A stretch of 64,000 bases of DNA from Octopus sinensis (taxonomy: Eukaryota), in NCBI RefSeq assembly GCF_006345805.1, contig NC_042997.1, positions 106,268,001 through 106,332,000 on the forward strand. The letters run 5' to 3'. Position numbers and translations under genes: made by a program. The notes beneath the pieces were generated by a model. That model made no database searches. It was not told the origin of the DNA and saw only the letters and a program-made list of their open reading frames with translations. Of this stretch, positions 36,700 through 49,030 are shown one piece after another (the first letter of the stretch is position 1; each line of letters starts with the position of its first letter).

Positions 36700-39494
36700 G
36701 TAAGTAAAACATTGCTATATTTATTTACTATATTCAATTTTTTTTAGGTTTTCAAGAATCATATTTTTCTTTTTTTTTTTTAATATCATACCTTTGGCAT
36801 TATGTCATGCTTGAGAAGAAGACCCATCAAGCTAAGTAAAATTGCATTTGTGACAGATACTGGTGTCATGCAAATTGGTACCCATGCCAGTGGCACATAA
36901 TAGCCCCCCAATGTCAAATAAATGGCATCCATCCCAGCAGCACATGAAAACACCCATTACACTCTCGGAGTGGTTGACGTTAGGAAGGACATCCAACCAT
37001 AGAAAACCGTGCCAAATCAGATTGGAGTCTGGTGCATCCTTCCAGCATGCCAGTCCAGTCAAACTGCCAACCCATGCCAGCATGGGCAACGGATGTTAAA
37101 TGATAATGATGATGATGATCACTGCTAAGGACAATGTAGAAACTTCTTCAGACCACTTTAACTTGATTGTATTAGTAGTATACGATTTGCCTTCTGGGTT
37201 TATAGGCAGGTACTGAAATGGCCAAAGATAGATTTAATTCTTAACATAATGAGACTTTATACCTGAATAAAGTTTTAAACAAGAACTAATTTAAAGCATT
37301 TTTTAGAATGAGAATGTTCTTTTAAGAATATAATCACGGGATTTTATTTTCATTTCAAGATTTGTATTGCTTCATTTTCCTCAGTCTCTTCTCTCTGCCT
37401 GTTGCTTCTGTTATTATTTCTACATTTCAATTCTTTACAGTGAAGGACATATCTCTACCCAGCTCACTCAATTCATTCATCTCCTCTTTCTCTTGTCTTT
37501 TCACTATGTCTTAAACTTCTAGACTTTGTACCAAACAATGAAGAGTAGCAAAATTTTCTTTATTTTGTGACCTTGTCACACTCTTGTTCACTGGCATAGA
37601 GACCATCACTAGTTTCCTTGGATTCCTCTCTTTCACTTTGTACCAGGTACGTGCCGTCAGTAATTACTCAGAGTAGGCCTTTATGTAGTAAAGCACACAC
37701 AAATTAAATGAAACACAGGCATGAGACTGATTTGAAGGCAGATTTACTTATAAATGTGAGATATTAAGCTTTAAAAATACTGACAAATGTCTTATTTCTG
37801 TCCGTGGCTTTCCATTACTGAGATATTTTATGAGCTAATATTAAAGGTGTTCAGCTCATGAACAGGAGGTTGTATGTTCAATTCTAGAACCATATGGTGC
37901 ATCATATCCTTGAGCAAGGCACTTCATTTCATGTTACTTCAGTCTTGTCAGCTGTAAATAAGTACAAGCTGAGTACCAGGACAGGTGTCTCTCTCTTTCT
38001 AGCTCTCAAATTCTGGATGTTCCACTGAGTCCTAAATAATGAAATATGTGTGCAACAATGAATTAGAGGTGAGGGATGAGAAATCTAATGATAGTTTAAG
38101 TTCATGAAAATCTATTAAGATTTTAAAAATTAAATAAAGTTTACTTACTTTTCATGGAACACAGACTTAATCAATTTCATGAACTTTAAGATTGTTGGTA
38201 CTAGAACCAAATAATCAGATTCTTGTTTCTCCATAAATGATCATGAAAAGTTCTTTAAATGGTTTGTTTTAATAATTTTCTCTATATTATTTCCATCATC
38301 AACAACACTAAACAAATATTGCATTTCTTTGATTTTATTATAACATGTTACATATTAGCTAGCTTTAATTAACGTATGTATATAAAACAAGATATTTTGT
38401 TGTCTAATTTAAGTTTCAAGATTAATAGTGTTTCAATTAAATGACAGACATTCAAGTAGCCAGTCAAATCATCACAATCATCATCATGAAATGTTTATTA
38501 GAAACCACAAAACATTGGATATAATTGTCCTCGTTGATTTTACTATATAAATTAGATACTAAGTCAAGTTAATTAGAGTACCTGTCTAACTGTGTCACTG
38601 CACTGGAATATCAATAACATGAAGATAATTCTCTTTAAATAGGTACAGTGCAGTTCTAAAGTTCACCATTGTTTTTATGGCAATACTGAAGTCCCCTTAG
38701 GGATATGGTCCATAATGAATTCTCCAATTGTGATTGTGTGTAACCAACCATTCATTCAAGTATATTTAGTATGAATGCAAGAGTCAATTGTTAGATTAAC
38801 TTAAGAAAGTAAATCTGCAGGAGAAAGCCTCAAATCAACAACAAAATGTTCTTGTTTGACCTGTAAAACTTAGCCCTCTCTCCCCCTCTCTCACTCACTC
38901 TCTCTCTCTTCTATCACACCCAGTCATCTTAAAGGGAAAAATATATTCAATAATGTTGTCCGAGACACATAATGCCAAAAAAACTCTGGATGGCTGAGGC
39001 CAGAGTATTTTTGAAAACAAGATGTGCCCAAACTGAGCTGTCCTATGGTTAAACAACAACAGCCAAATACACCATCATCATCCTGCCATTATGATATAAT
39101 ATAACCATGTTAGGCATTGCAGAAATCCAGAGTACACATGTATATGGTAATTGTGTCTCGCTTATCTAATTTTTAATATCTCATTAAAACTTGATTTCAT
39201 TCAGTTACTATTTATTCTATTTATAAGTCATTTAAATGCTTTCTTGTGTATATATATCTCGTATTTTTTTACTTGATTCAGTCATTAGACTACAGTCATG
39301 CCGGGGTGCCACCCTGAGGAATTTTTTTGTCAAATGAATAAACCCAAATACTTATTTTGTTTTTAACCCTGGTACTTATTCTATCAGTCTCTTTTGCCAA
39401 ACTGCTAAGTTACAGAGACATAAACACACCTACATCAGTTGTAAAGCAGTGGTGGGAGACAAACATAAACACAAAGTCACAAGCACTTATATAT

Positions 39495-39900
39495 ATATCT
39501 ACTACATATGTGGAAAATCGGTGTGTTTGTTTGTGGCATTGTTAGCTAACTCCTCCTACATCATTTTATTGATTTTGATGAAACTTGACACATGAGTAGA
39601 ACTCATATCTGGAAACCTTGTGATATACTTAGATTGTTGAAAAAATCGATAATACAGCCCCTGGAAGGGATATTTATATCTACCTCATATAAATAATTTT
39701 TTTAAACACTCAAGGGAAATAACCCATAGCACCTGCACTTACAGTTGTTAGTTTTTAGTGAAGCAATCAATTCACAGTTTTCAACTGCTAAACCATATTA
39801 TTGCACTTTCTTGATGCATGTACACTTTCAATTCTCATAACTCCGATAATTCTGCATTTTTCCAGTTAAAATTTTTCGATGACAGTACATAAATTTTTGA
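39495..39900 (+). mobile_element. Probable Helitron-like non-autonomous element fragment
   Basis: TATCTACTACATATGTG start, GTGTGTTTGTTTG tract, AACTCCTCCTAC...TGATTTTGATGAAACTTG motif like Helitron/HINE 5' parts. Confidence 0.45.
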
Positions 39901-39956
39901 TTCCACAACGTATTTATGGGAACATAAACAAAACCAGTTTCAGTGTTTCTGTTGTA

Positions 39957-41210
39957 TTGGGTTGTCAAGAAAGTAATTTTGTTTTTTGCAAATAGAGTTA
40001 TGATTATTTTGAATGACTTTTGTCAATGTTATGATTTTTTACATTTTGACATTTGATAGCCATTACTTTTAGCTTACTTTAAAAGCAAATTGCATGTAAT
40101 TTTGTTTACAGCTGATAGTTCAGTGTCAATTTTAACATGGAGTTAAAAAAATGAACATTTCTGCCATATTTTGCCTTTTTATTTCTGTAAAGGCCAGAAA
40201 GCTGCTGAGGCTCACAAAGAGATATGTAAAGTTTATGGTGTTGATTGCTTAACAGAACACATGTCAGAATTGGTTTTAAAATGCTGTTCTGGAGATATTT
40301 CACTCAAAGATGACCAACGTTCTGGTTGACCTACTGAAGTTGATGATGATTGAAGCAAGGCCATAATTGAATCTGAGATTGTAGAAAGATTAAATGTATC
40401 ATGCACAACAACTGAAAATCACTTAAATGTCTTGGACTTAAGAAGCTCAATATTTGGATTCCACATAAATTGAAAGAGATTCACTTAATACAACGAATCA
40501 ATTTGCAATATGCATCTCAAATGCAATGAAATCCACCTTTTTTTTTTTAATCGAATCATCATTGGTGATGAAAAATGGATTAACACCAATCGAAAACAAT
40601 CATGGTTCAAGCATAATGAACCAGTACAAACCACATCAAAAGCCGAATTACATCAAAAAAAGGTCATGCTGTCAATTTGGTGGGATTACAAAGGTGTTGT
40701 GTACTTTGAGCTGCTTCCAAGGAACTAAATGATCAATTCAGATATTTACTGTCAACAACTAATGAAACTGGTGGAAGCAATCAAAGAAAGACAGCCAGAA
40801 TTGGCAAATCATAAAGGAATCGTGTTCCACCATGACAGCGCTAGATCACATGTCTTTACTGACTCATAAAATATTATTGGAGCTTGGTTGGGAAGTGATG
40901 TCATATCCTCCGTATAACCCTGACCTTGCACTATCAGATTACCATTTATTTCAAAGTTTGCAAAATTCTTTGAACAGTAAAACTTTCAATAATGATGGTG
41001 GCGACCTGAAATCACACTAGCTTCAGTTTTTGGCTGATAAGGACCGGAAGTTTTATGAGCACAGAATCGTGAAGTTGCCTGAAAGATGGCAAAAGGTCAT
41101 CAAACAAAATGGAAAATATATAATTGATTAAAGTTCATTCTTTGTATGAAAATAAAAAAAATACTTTTATTTCACACTAAAAAGCCGAAATTACTTTCTT
41201 GACAACCCAA
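39957..41210 (+). mobile_element. Full-length (1254 bp) DD34D mariner element with pseudogenised transposase
   Basis: Perfect 23-bp TIRs TTGGGTTGTCAAGAAAGTAATTT with TA on both sides. Motifs GDEKW, KKVMLSIWWD, HHDSA and YPPYNPDLALSDYHLF, with stops and frameshifts. Confidence 0.95.
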
Positions 41211-41439
41211 TACTTTCTAATTGGAAAGTTCACCCAATGTTTATATCTGTTGACCATATGAGGACCAGTGCACCTAAATGGTTCACTTGACCTCTGGCTT
41301 TGTTATCAATGTACTTTGGGAAGTACTCTCTGAGTCACTACTAGCTCATCAAGCCTTGAGATCAATAAACTACTGTTCATTAACTAACACAAGACTGCTC
41401 TTTACATATAGAAGTATTTCTTTGTTTCTGATATAGTTA

Positions 41440-42300
41440 ACTTCTCCACCACCACTCCTATTACATCACCTTCACCATCACTATCATTGCCACTATCATC
41501 AATTCATTCACCACCGTCCCTGTCACCTCTGTGCACCTTTGTAACTACTACTGCCTCCATCACCACCATCATCACTACTACTACTGCCACCATCACCACT
41601 ACTACTACAACTAACACCACCATCACTACTACTACTGCTACTACCTCTTCCACCACCATCAACACTACTACTGCTGCTAACACCTCCACCACCATCACTA
41701 TTACTACTAACACATCCACCACCCCCATCACTACTACTACTACCTCCATCACTATTACTACCTCTTCCACCACCATCACTACTTCTACTACTACCTCCAC
41801 CACCATCACTATTACTACTGCTACTAACACCTCCACCACCATCACTACTATTACTGCTGCTCCTAACACCTCCACCACCATCACTATTACTACTAACACA
41901 TCCACCACCACCATCATCACTACTACTACTGTCATCATTGCTGCTATGATAGATCTTTTGTTGCCACAACAGTCACTCTCACTGTTGTTTTTGCCATCAT
42001 TAACACTATTACCTTTGTCATTACCACCATCACTATAGCAGTCACTGCCACCACTGCTTCCTTACGACCACTACTACTATCACTAACACCATTATCTCAC
42101 TCATTACAATAGCCATTTCTCTATTACTATTATCATCATCATCACCACCAGCACTATCCATCTATCACTACTATTATCACCATCACTATCACTTCTCTAT
42201 CACTAGTATCACTCTCCCTACCACCACAACTACATCTCTATCACTACTATCACCACCACTACTGCCACTATTAGTAATGCTATCCCTGTCACAACTACCA
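41440..42300. repeat. Degenerate (ACY)n trinucleotide minisatellite
   Basis: ACT/ACC/ATC triplets with recurring higher-order blocks such as AACACCTCCACCACCATCACTATTACT; open on several frames only because stop codons are absent. Confidence 0.9.
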
Positions 42301-42349
42301 CTTGTTGAGAGACACTGTCCAACTTCCATGATTGACTCTATTCTGTATT

Positions 42350-42950
42350 GATTGATAGTGGTAAACGACCTCTTCTGGTAAGGACCTCTGACTATTTATA
42401 AATTTCTGAAAGCCCCTCTGTCTGTCATGTACCATATGATGCAGCACTGATGATATTTTGACATGTTTCTTTTTTACTAAGTCTCAGATTTATAAAGAAA
42501 GAAGCGAGATTTTGTCATGTCCATGTTTCTCTACTGAGCATTAGCACTGATACAACTGAACTGAAATGGCCACAATTTGAAATCAAGACCATACTTGGGT
42601 CTCCGCCCACTAAAAGCTTCTATTTCTATTGCACTCACTGTATAAATCTATGCTAAAATTTATCTATTAGATTACATTACTTCTGACGACTTCTATGACA
42701 GCGCTACTATGATATATTTTCTTCTTTATTTCTGCACTTTATCACAAGAATATGTCTGCTATCATCAACATCATGGATTGTAAAATTGCATTTAGTATCT
42801 TTTCTTTTATTTGATGCGTTGGTCTGGTCCAGTTGCGACTGCTGTGAACATGGAGTTGACCTACAGTAACATATTGGGTATGATCTGCATAGACCTTTAG
42901 ATCTTGACCACAATACTCCTGCGACACTGTATCTCATTAAGGAAGTAAAG
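42350..42950 (-). mobile_element. Ancient LINE (RTE-like) remnant
   Basis: Traces YADHT (a YADD-like motif) and VSVLMLSRETWT (an LLYGxETWT-like motif) with many stops. Confidence 0.45.
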
Positions 42951-44914
42951 AGGCAGTAAATTTGACTGGTGGAGCAGGACATAAGGCCTAGTTGTTACAT
43001 GTTTAGTAGTAAAGGCCTCTTAAGGGCTTTCTGCCCAGAAGGACAGAAAAATTGAGAGGGTAGCAACAGACAGTGGTACATCAACATGGCCGCAGCTCTG
43101 AGCTGAAACTAGAAAAAAAAAACAGCAGTATGGAGGCGCAATAACCCAGTGGTTAGAGCAGCGGACTCGTGGTTGTAAGAACATGGTTTCGATTCCCAGA
43201 CCAGGCATTGTGAGTGTTTATTGAGCAAAAACACCTAAGCTCCATGAGGCTCTGGCAGGGCGGGGGTTGTGAACCCTGCTGTACTCTTTCACCACAACTT
43301 TCTCTCACTCTTTCTTCCTACTTCTTCCACAAAACAGAGGAACCATGGTGTAACTCACTATGGTGAGGTAAACTATGAAAACCATAGTTGCTGCTAATAA
43401 TGTTTCCAGGGCCTCACTAATCACAGCTCTGAGAATAACTAGAGTAGAAGCAAAGTCAAGTAGAATTATGTTGTCCTCAGTGCTACTCATGCCAGTGGCT
43501 GATGAGGTAGAGCAGTAAAAGGACAAAGTATACCCTCCTCAAGCACTGAACTGGCCAGAGTTACCAAGCAGCAGTTGTTTTCCGTCATCTTGAGATAGTG
43601 TTGAGGAGGCAATAGAGCATAAAGAAGGATGGGATGGAAACTGTTTAGGAAAATAAAACCAGTAAAAGATGCAGAAGTATGGGCCCCAGTCTAAAAAACA
43701 AAACAAAAACAGGTTGGCTACTGGAAGTTCCTCATGGTAGAGCACCTATCTGTTTGCTAAGCCTAGTCTTCATGGTCATCCGAATCAGTGGTGAGAACCT
43801 GGTGCAAATTGTGAATGAGCTGTACAAATGCAAGAGGAATTAATATAGTGTTGATTTATAAGGAGATGGGAGATGATTTACTACTAAATATTTATAGAGA
43901 TTGCCCTGGTCTCATTTCTCTGATTTCAGTGTCTTTATCTAATTCATTGTTCCCAGTTTGTTGTCCTGCAGATCCATCTGCAGGAACCTTCTCTGCCCCA
44001 CTCTGTCATAGTAATCCCTTCATCCTGTCATGAAGCTGACCTGCCCCAGGCCTTGTAGTCCTGCAAAGTGCATGGTGACCTCAATTGTACTGGTGACATG
44101 ATAAAAGCAGCCAGTCCGGCTGGCAGAATTGTTACCACATTGGACAAAATGCTTCGTGGCATTTTTTGCATCTCTTTGGTGTTCTGAGTTCAAATTTCAC
44201 CAAAGTCAATTTTGCCTTTCATCCTTTCTGTGTTGATAAATAAATACCAGTAGAGTACTGGCATTGATGTTACCAACTTACTTCTTACCCCATAATTTCA
44301 GGCCTTGTAACTAAAATAGAAAGGATTATTATCATCATCATTGTTCTTAGGAAGCATGGTCTAATGGTTAGGATGATGTATTCATGATTGTGAGATCATG
44401 ATTTCAGTTCCTACACTGGGTGGTGCATTGCGTTCTTGAGCAAATTACTTCATCTCACATTGCTCTGCAATCACTTCAACACATGGTTTGTGCTACACTG
44501 TGCACTTCTTCAGGCAATATCAATTTGATAGATGGAAGGAACTAATGTACAGCACATGCATTTGATCACTGTAATCAAACCATTTGTGTAGGTTGTTTGG
44601 CAAAAGCTGAAATTCATACACCGTCTTTGACAGGTTAGTGTATCATCGTAGTCATTGTCATCATCATCATCATCATTATTATTATAATGGGGTGGCAGAG
44701 ATTGTAAGCATGCTCGACAAAATGCTTAAAGCAGTTCATCTGTCTCCACATTCTGAGCTCAAATTCCATCGAGGTCAACTTTGCCTGTCATCCCTTCAGG
44801 GTCGATAAAATAAGTACTAGTTGAACACTGGGGACAATGTAATCGATTCGTCCCCTCCCCCAAAATTGCTGCCCTTGTGGCAAAATTTGAAACCATTGTT
44901 ATTATTATTATTAT

Positions 44915-44955
<41 letters not shown>

Positions 44956-45299
44956 TTGTTGTTGTTGTCGTCGCCGCCACCACCGCTACAGCAGATAGTG
45001 AAGGGTCAGTTAAAAATAGAATAAAGGCACTAATAGCCTTCCAATATTTAGTTTTGTCTTTCGCCTTTTTGAATTTTTCCTTTCGTGCTAATGACTGAAG
45101 TCATTAATCTGGTTCACTATTAGCTTTTTATTTTCTGCTATGATGGCAAAAATGAACAATCTCTTCAAAATTATTTTATAATTGTTGAGATTTAGACCCT
45201 TTTTTCCACAGTATTTTAAATAATACTCTTATTCTTTTTGGACCTCATTTAAATAATAGTAGTTGTTACCCTTATTGTACCCCACACAGGTCTAGGACA

Positions 45300-45750
45300 T
45301 GACAGTACCAGTTTTGTTTGGTATTGCTATATTGTTCAGCTTCATTTCAAAATGGTTAGAGAATGGGTAAGCAATTGATCTACACACCAGCCACAGACCT
45401 AGCATGCTGGATTACCATTTTCTTGTCTGGTTTGTAATGTGGTGAGCAACATGCCATCATTTGCATAGACTCTCCATTGAATGAGATGCTTGAGTTGCCT
45501 TTTCTTTGTTTAATAAATTGATACCACAACAGTTATACCTACCATGGCTTTCTTTTGCTGTAGTAAACTCACACTCCATTCTTTTCTTTACTTCTCTGTC
45601 TATTTGGCTATCTATAACAATGCTTTCAGACTTCTGAAAGATTGTCTCTCAACCAAGTCTTTTCATTCAAGGACAACCCTCATTTCTGATGGCAGCAAAG
45701 TGATAAGCAATGTGGTAGGCATAGACTTAAAAAGTATTACTCTTATTTTT
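45300..45750 (-). mobile_element. Ancient LINE (RTE-like) remnant
   Basis: Degenerate SESIVIDSQIDREVKKRM segment, like the post-RT 'IDxEVxxRI' region of RTE elements. Confidence 0.45.
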
Positions 45751-45917
45751 GTTTGGGAAATTTAGTTATTGTTATGGTTGATATATATATATATATTATA
45801 AAAAGGGTTGAATGTGGATTCATCCTTTAATTGGAGTAATTTCCAAAAGATTTCTAATTTTGATTCTTCATAATTTGAATTTACTGATGCAAATTGATGT
45901 AGATATGAAAGGTTACT

Positions 45918-45953
<36 letters not shown>

Positions 45954-47178
45954 TATACACACATGACTGCATGTCATAAGCCTGAGTAATTCACAAAGGC
46001 TTTTGAGATCTTCTGAAAGGTGTCTTCTCCCACTTCTTTCCTATTGTTAGTTGGATGTCCATCACTACAACACCTCATTATACCCAACTGACATGGTAAA
46101 TGGCTAAATGTAAGGTGTTTCCTACTTTGCAGGGGTTTGTTTTGTTTTCCAACCTCCCACCTCTGTAATAAATAATACTCATTTGAATTTCTTCACAACT
46201 TTTTTTTTTTAATATTTTTAATTCAGTTATATTTATAAATATTAACTTACATTAATGTTGCTTTTCTTTTTATTATTTTGGACTTTCTTTCATCATTGCC
46301 CTCACTCCCTATTTGGCAATGGGTGGACCCTTTAGTTGCAATAAATCCAAAGGTACAGACATCTTAATACTTGAGAATAGTTGTAGTTGTAAAATGAAAT
46401 CTAATTTAACGTGTCCATATATAGAGAAAAACTAGTGAACAGGACAAGTCAAAAGTTGTGTTAAAATGGCAGCAGTTGGGTTAAGTTAGATATTTTATTC
46501 ATACAACATCCATTGTTAGAGGCAAGAGGGAGCTTTATCATCCTGGCTTCATCATGTTCTTTTTCTTTCCCCTTTTTAAATTTCAGACATCATTCTGATT
46601 ATTTATTTAAATTGATTATTTATGTAGCAAGAGAACAGTTCATGACATAGTCTCCTGTCTACTCACATTTTCACTTAACTGTTAATACCAGTTCCCTTAT
46701 TCTTCCCTTACTTTCTTTCTGAAGCCAACTTCAGCTCCCCAGCTGCTGCTAATTCCAACCTTCAATGAAGAGTTTGAAAACTTGCTCACTTCATAACAAT
46801 ACTCATGCCAGTGTCACTTTTTTTTTTTTTTTTTTATTACATATTAATCAGAAATGAAATTTATATAATTGACAATAGGTTCTCTAAATAAATAAGAAAA
46901 TTACCATTTCTTACATATTTTTTTTCTTTTTACATTTATTTTAAGATTAAAGGATTCATAATCAGATCTCTTTTTCAAAAAGAAGGGAAGGAAGTGTTCC
47001 TCTTGGATATGAGTGAGCACAAGACTGATTTAGCTTTTCATTCTTTCTTTTCTTGGGAACCTCACTAAATTAAGTTTTCCTAGATCTTCTTTGAACTAAC
47101 TGAAGTTGTTTTATCCAGAAATTAAAACTGGTTCAAAAAGTGCATTTGCTATTTATTTACACTAAACCAGCACGACAT

Positions 47179-47216
<38 letters not shown>

Positions 47217-47409
47217 TCTTCTTTATTCTTTATGCCTTTAACCCTCCAACATGGAGTATAGGCCACTTATAGTTGAATTCTATGTCGCATAATTTATATA
47301 TATATATATATATATATATATCTAAAGGGAAAGTTTACGAAAATAAACAAAAGACGAAGGCAGTACAAACAAACAAATGTATTAGTATAGCGCTCAGGAA
47401 TAGAAAAAG

Positions 47410-47447
47410 TCTCTTACGTTTCGAGCCTACGCTCTTCGACAGAAAGA
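47410..47447 (-). ncRNA. Second copy of the A6U hammerhead-like motif, in an element at about 47322-47513 flanked by (TA)n
   Basis: Minus strand reads TCTTT-CTGTCGA-A-GAGC-gtag-GCTC-GAAAC-GT-A-AGAGA. Core and stem II are identical to the 12385 copy; the one stem I change is a tolerated G.U. Confidence 0.6.
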
Positions 47448-47514
47448 TACACAGAAAAAAAACAAGGAGAGAAAAAATGCATGTAGGAGCTAACAATCTA
47501 TTATGGTGTCCTGA

Positions 47515-47572
<58 letters not shown>

Positions 47573-48494
47573 GGAGAGAGAGTTAAATATATTTTCAATT
47601 TATTTTATTTCTTAACCTTAACTGAGTGCTCTCTTTAACATGGCCATTTTAAGTACCAGTTATTCTCTGATAACAATCAAGATACTCAGAACTAATGAAA
47701 AGAAATGTTTGAAGAAATAGAAGTATTTGAAATGATGCCATACTACATGAAAAACCTTATTGAAATCAAAACACCAGCACTGCCTTTTTCAAGGTGTGGC
47801 ATGCACACCTTTCGACAGCACCCTCTTCCTATATCTTATGTCCACAACTAATTATTTAGATCTAAAGTTTCAAATAATAGTAGCAGTAGTAGTTATAATA
47901 GTATAAGTTGTTTGTTGACCATATTTCATAGTCAAAGGGAGAAAGTGCTATAACCATCTAATAAGAAAGTTCTGTTCACAAAGTATGTCAACCCATAGTT
48001 ATAATTGAAGAACACTGTGCTCTTATCAAGATGTCACACAATGGGATCAAACCTAAAAGCATGTTGCAAAGCAAGCTTCTAAACCGTACGGCTATGTTGA
48101 TGCCTATATAGATTTTCATGTGGTTTTTGAGGGTTTTTTTTATTTTTAAAGAAGTTATCCTAATGTAGCACCCAGTTTATTACCACCACCTTGCTCTTGG
48201 GTGCCTTTAATGGTACCTATTTTTTTTCTATTTTTTCTACTTCCAAACATTCTAAATTAAATTTCAGTCTTCCAATCTACTGACATTTTTTTCTGTAGAC
48301 AATAATGACAGTTATTCAAGCTGCAAGAGTTTCACTTGTCTGTAAAGATCATGGGTACAGTTCATCTTTTCATGACTAACCTATTAAGAAACTGTGTGTA
48401 GTAGCGGGGCAGGACAATGACTTCAAATACAAATGCTAATCTTTAATCTGAAATGCTTTGGACTGGAAATGTTCTAGATTTCAAAATGATTGTA

Positions 48495-49030
48495 TTGGGT
48501 TGAGGAATAATTCACGAGCGTTTTTTTTTTCAAATTTATTGAGTGAAGGTAGTTCGCCACAGTTTCTTAATCACAGTTCATCTACTCCACCAATTCTCTG
48601 GTTGTTTGACATGGATTTTCATGAAGAAGTTGATTCAATTGCTCTCTTCATCAAACTCAATTGGTCGATCGGTGTGTAATCCATCCTTGAGGTCAAAATT
48701 CCCATTTTTGAAGCACAAAAACCAGTGGCAGGTGGTACTTTGAGGCTTTGCTCCTTCTCCATACACAGCGCAAATCTCACGAGCAGCTAAACACCTCGAT
48801 TAAATGCAAAAAGCAAATGGTATCAAAAATATCTAGTTTTGTCCACTTGACATTCCATTTTAATGATCTGAAAATACACAAAAATCAATAAAATTAAACA
48901 ATCAAAACACACTATCTTGTAGAGCAAAAAATTCCTTTTTAAATAACATAAAACATTTTGCCAATGTATTTTATTTCTGCGTTCATTTTTAAATTTGAAA
49001 AAAATACTCATGAATTATTCCTCAACCCAA
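48495..49030 (-). mobile_element. Internally deleted mariner element
   Basis: TIRs TTGGGTTGAGGAATAATTCA(C/T)GAG (23 of 24 matching) with TA TSDs. Minus strand encodes a decayed N-terminal HTH (AAREICAVYGEG...WFLCFKNGNFDLKD). Confidence 0.9.

Noticed and set aside
41487-42038. Thr-rich mucin-like ORF on + and Val-rich or Gly/Ser-rich ORFs on - (144-183 aa)
   Set aside because: They arise from a stop-free (ACY)n minisatellite. No credible splice sites or start context, and inclusion would break the ankyrin motif.
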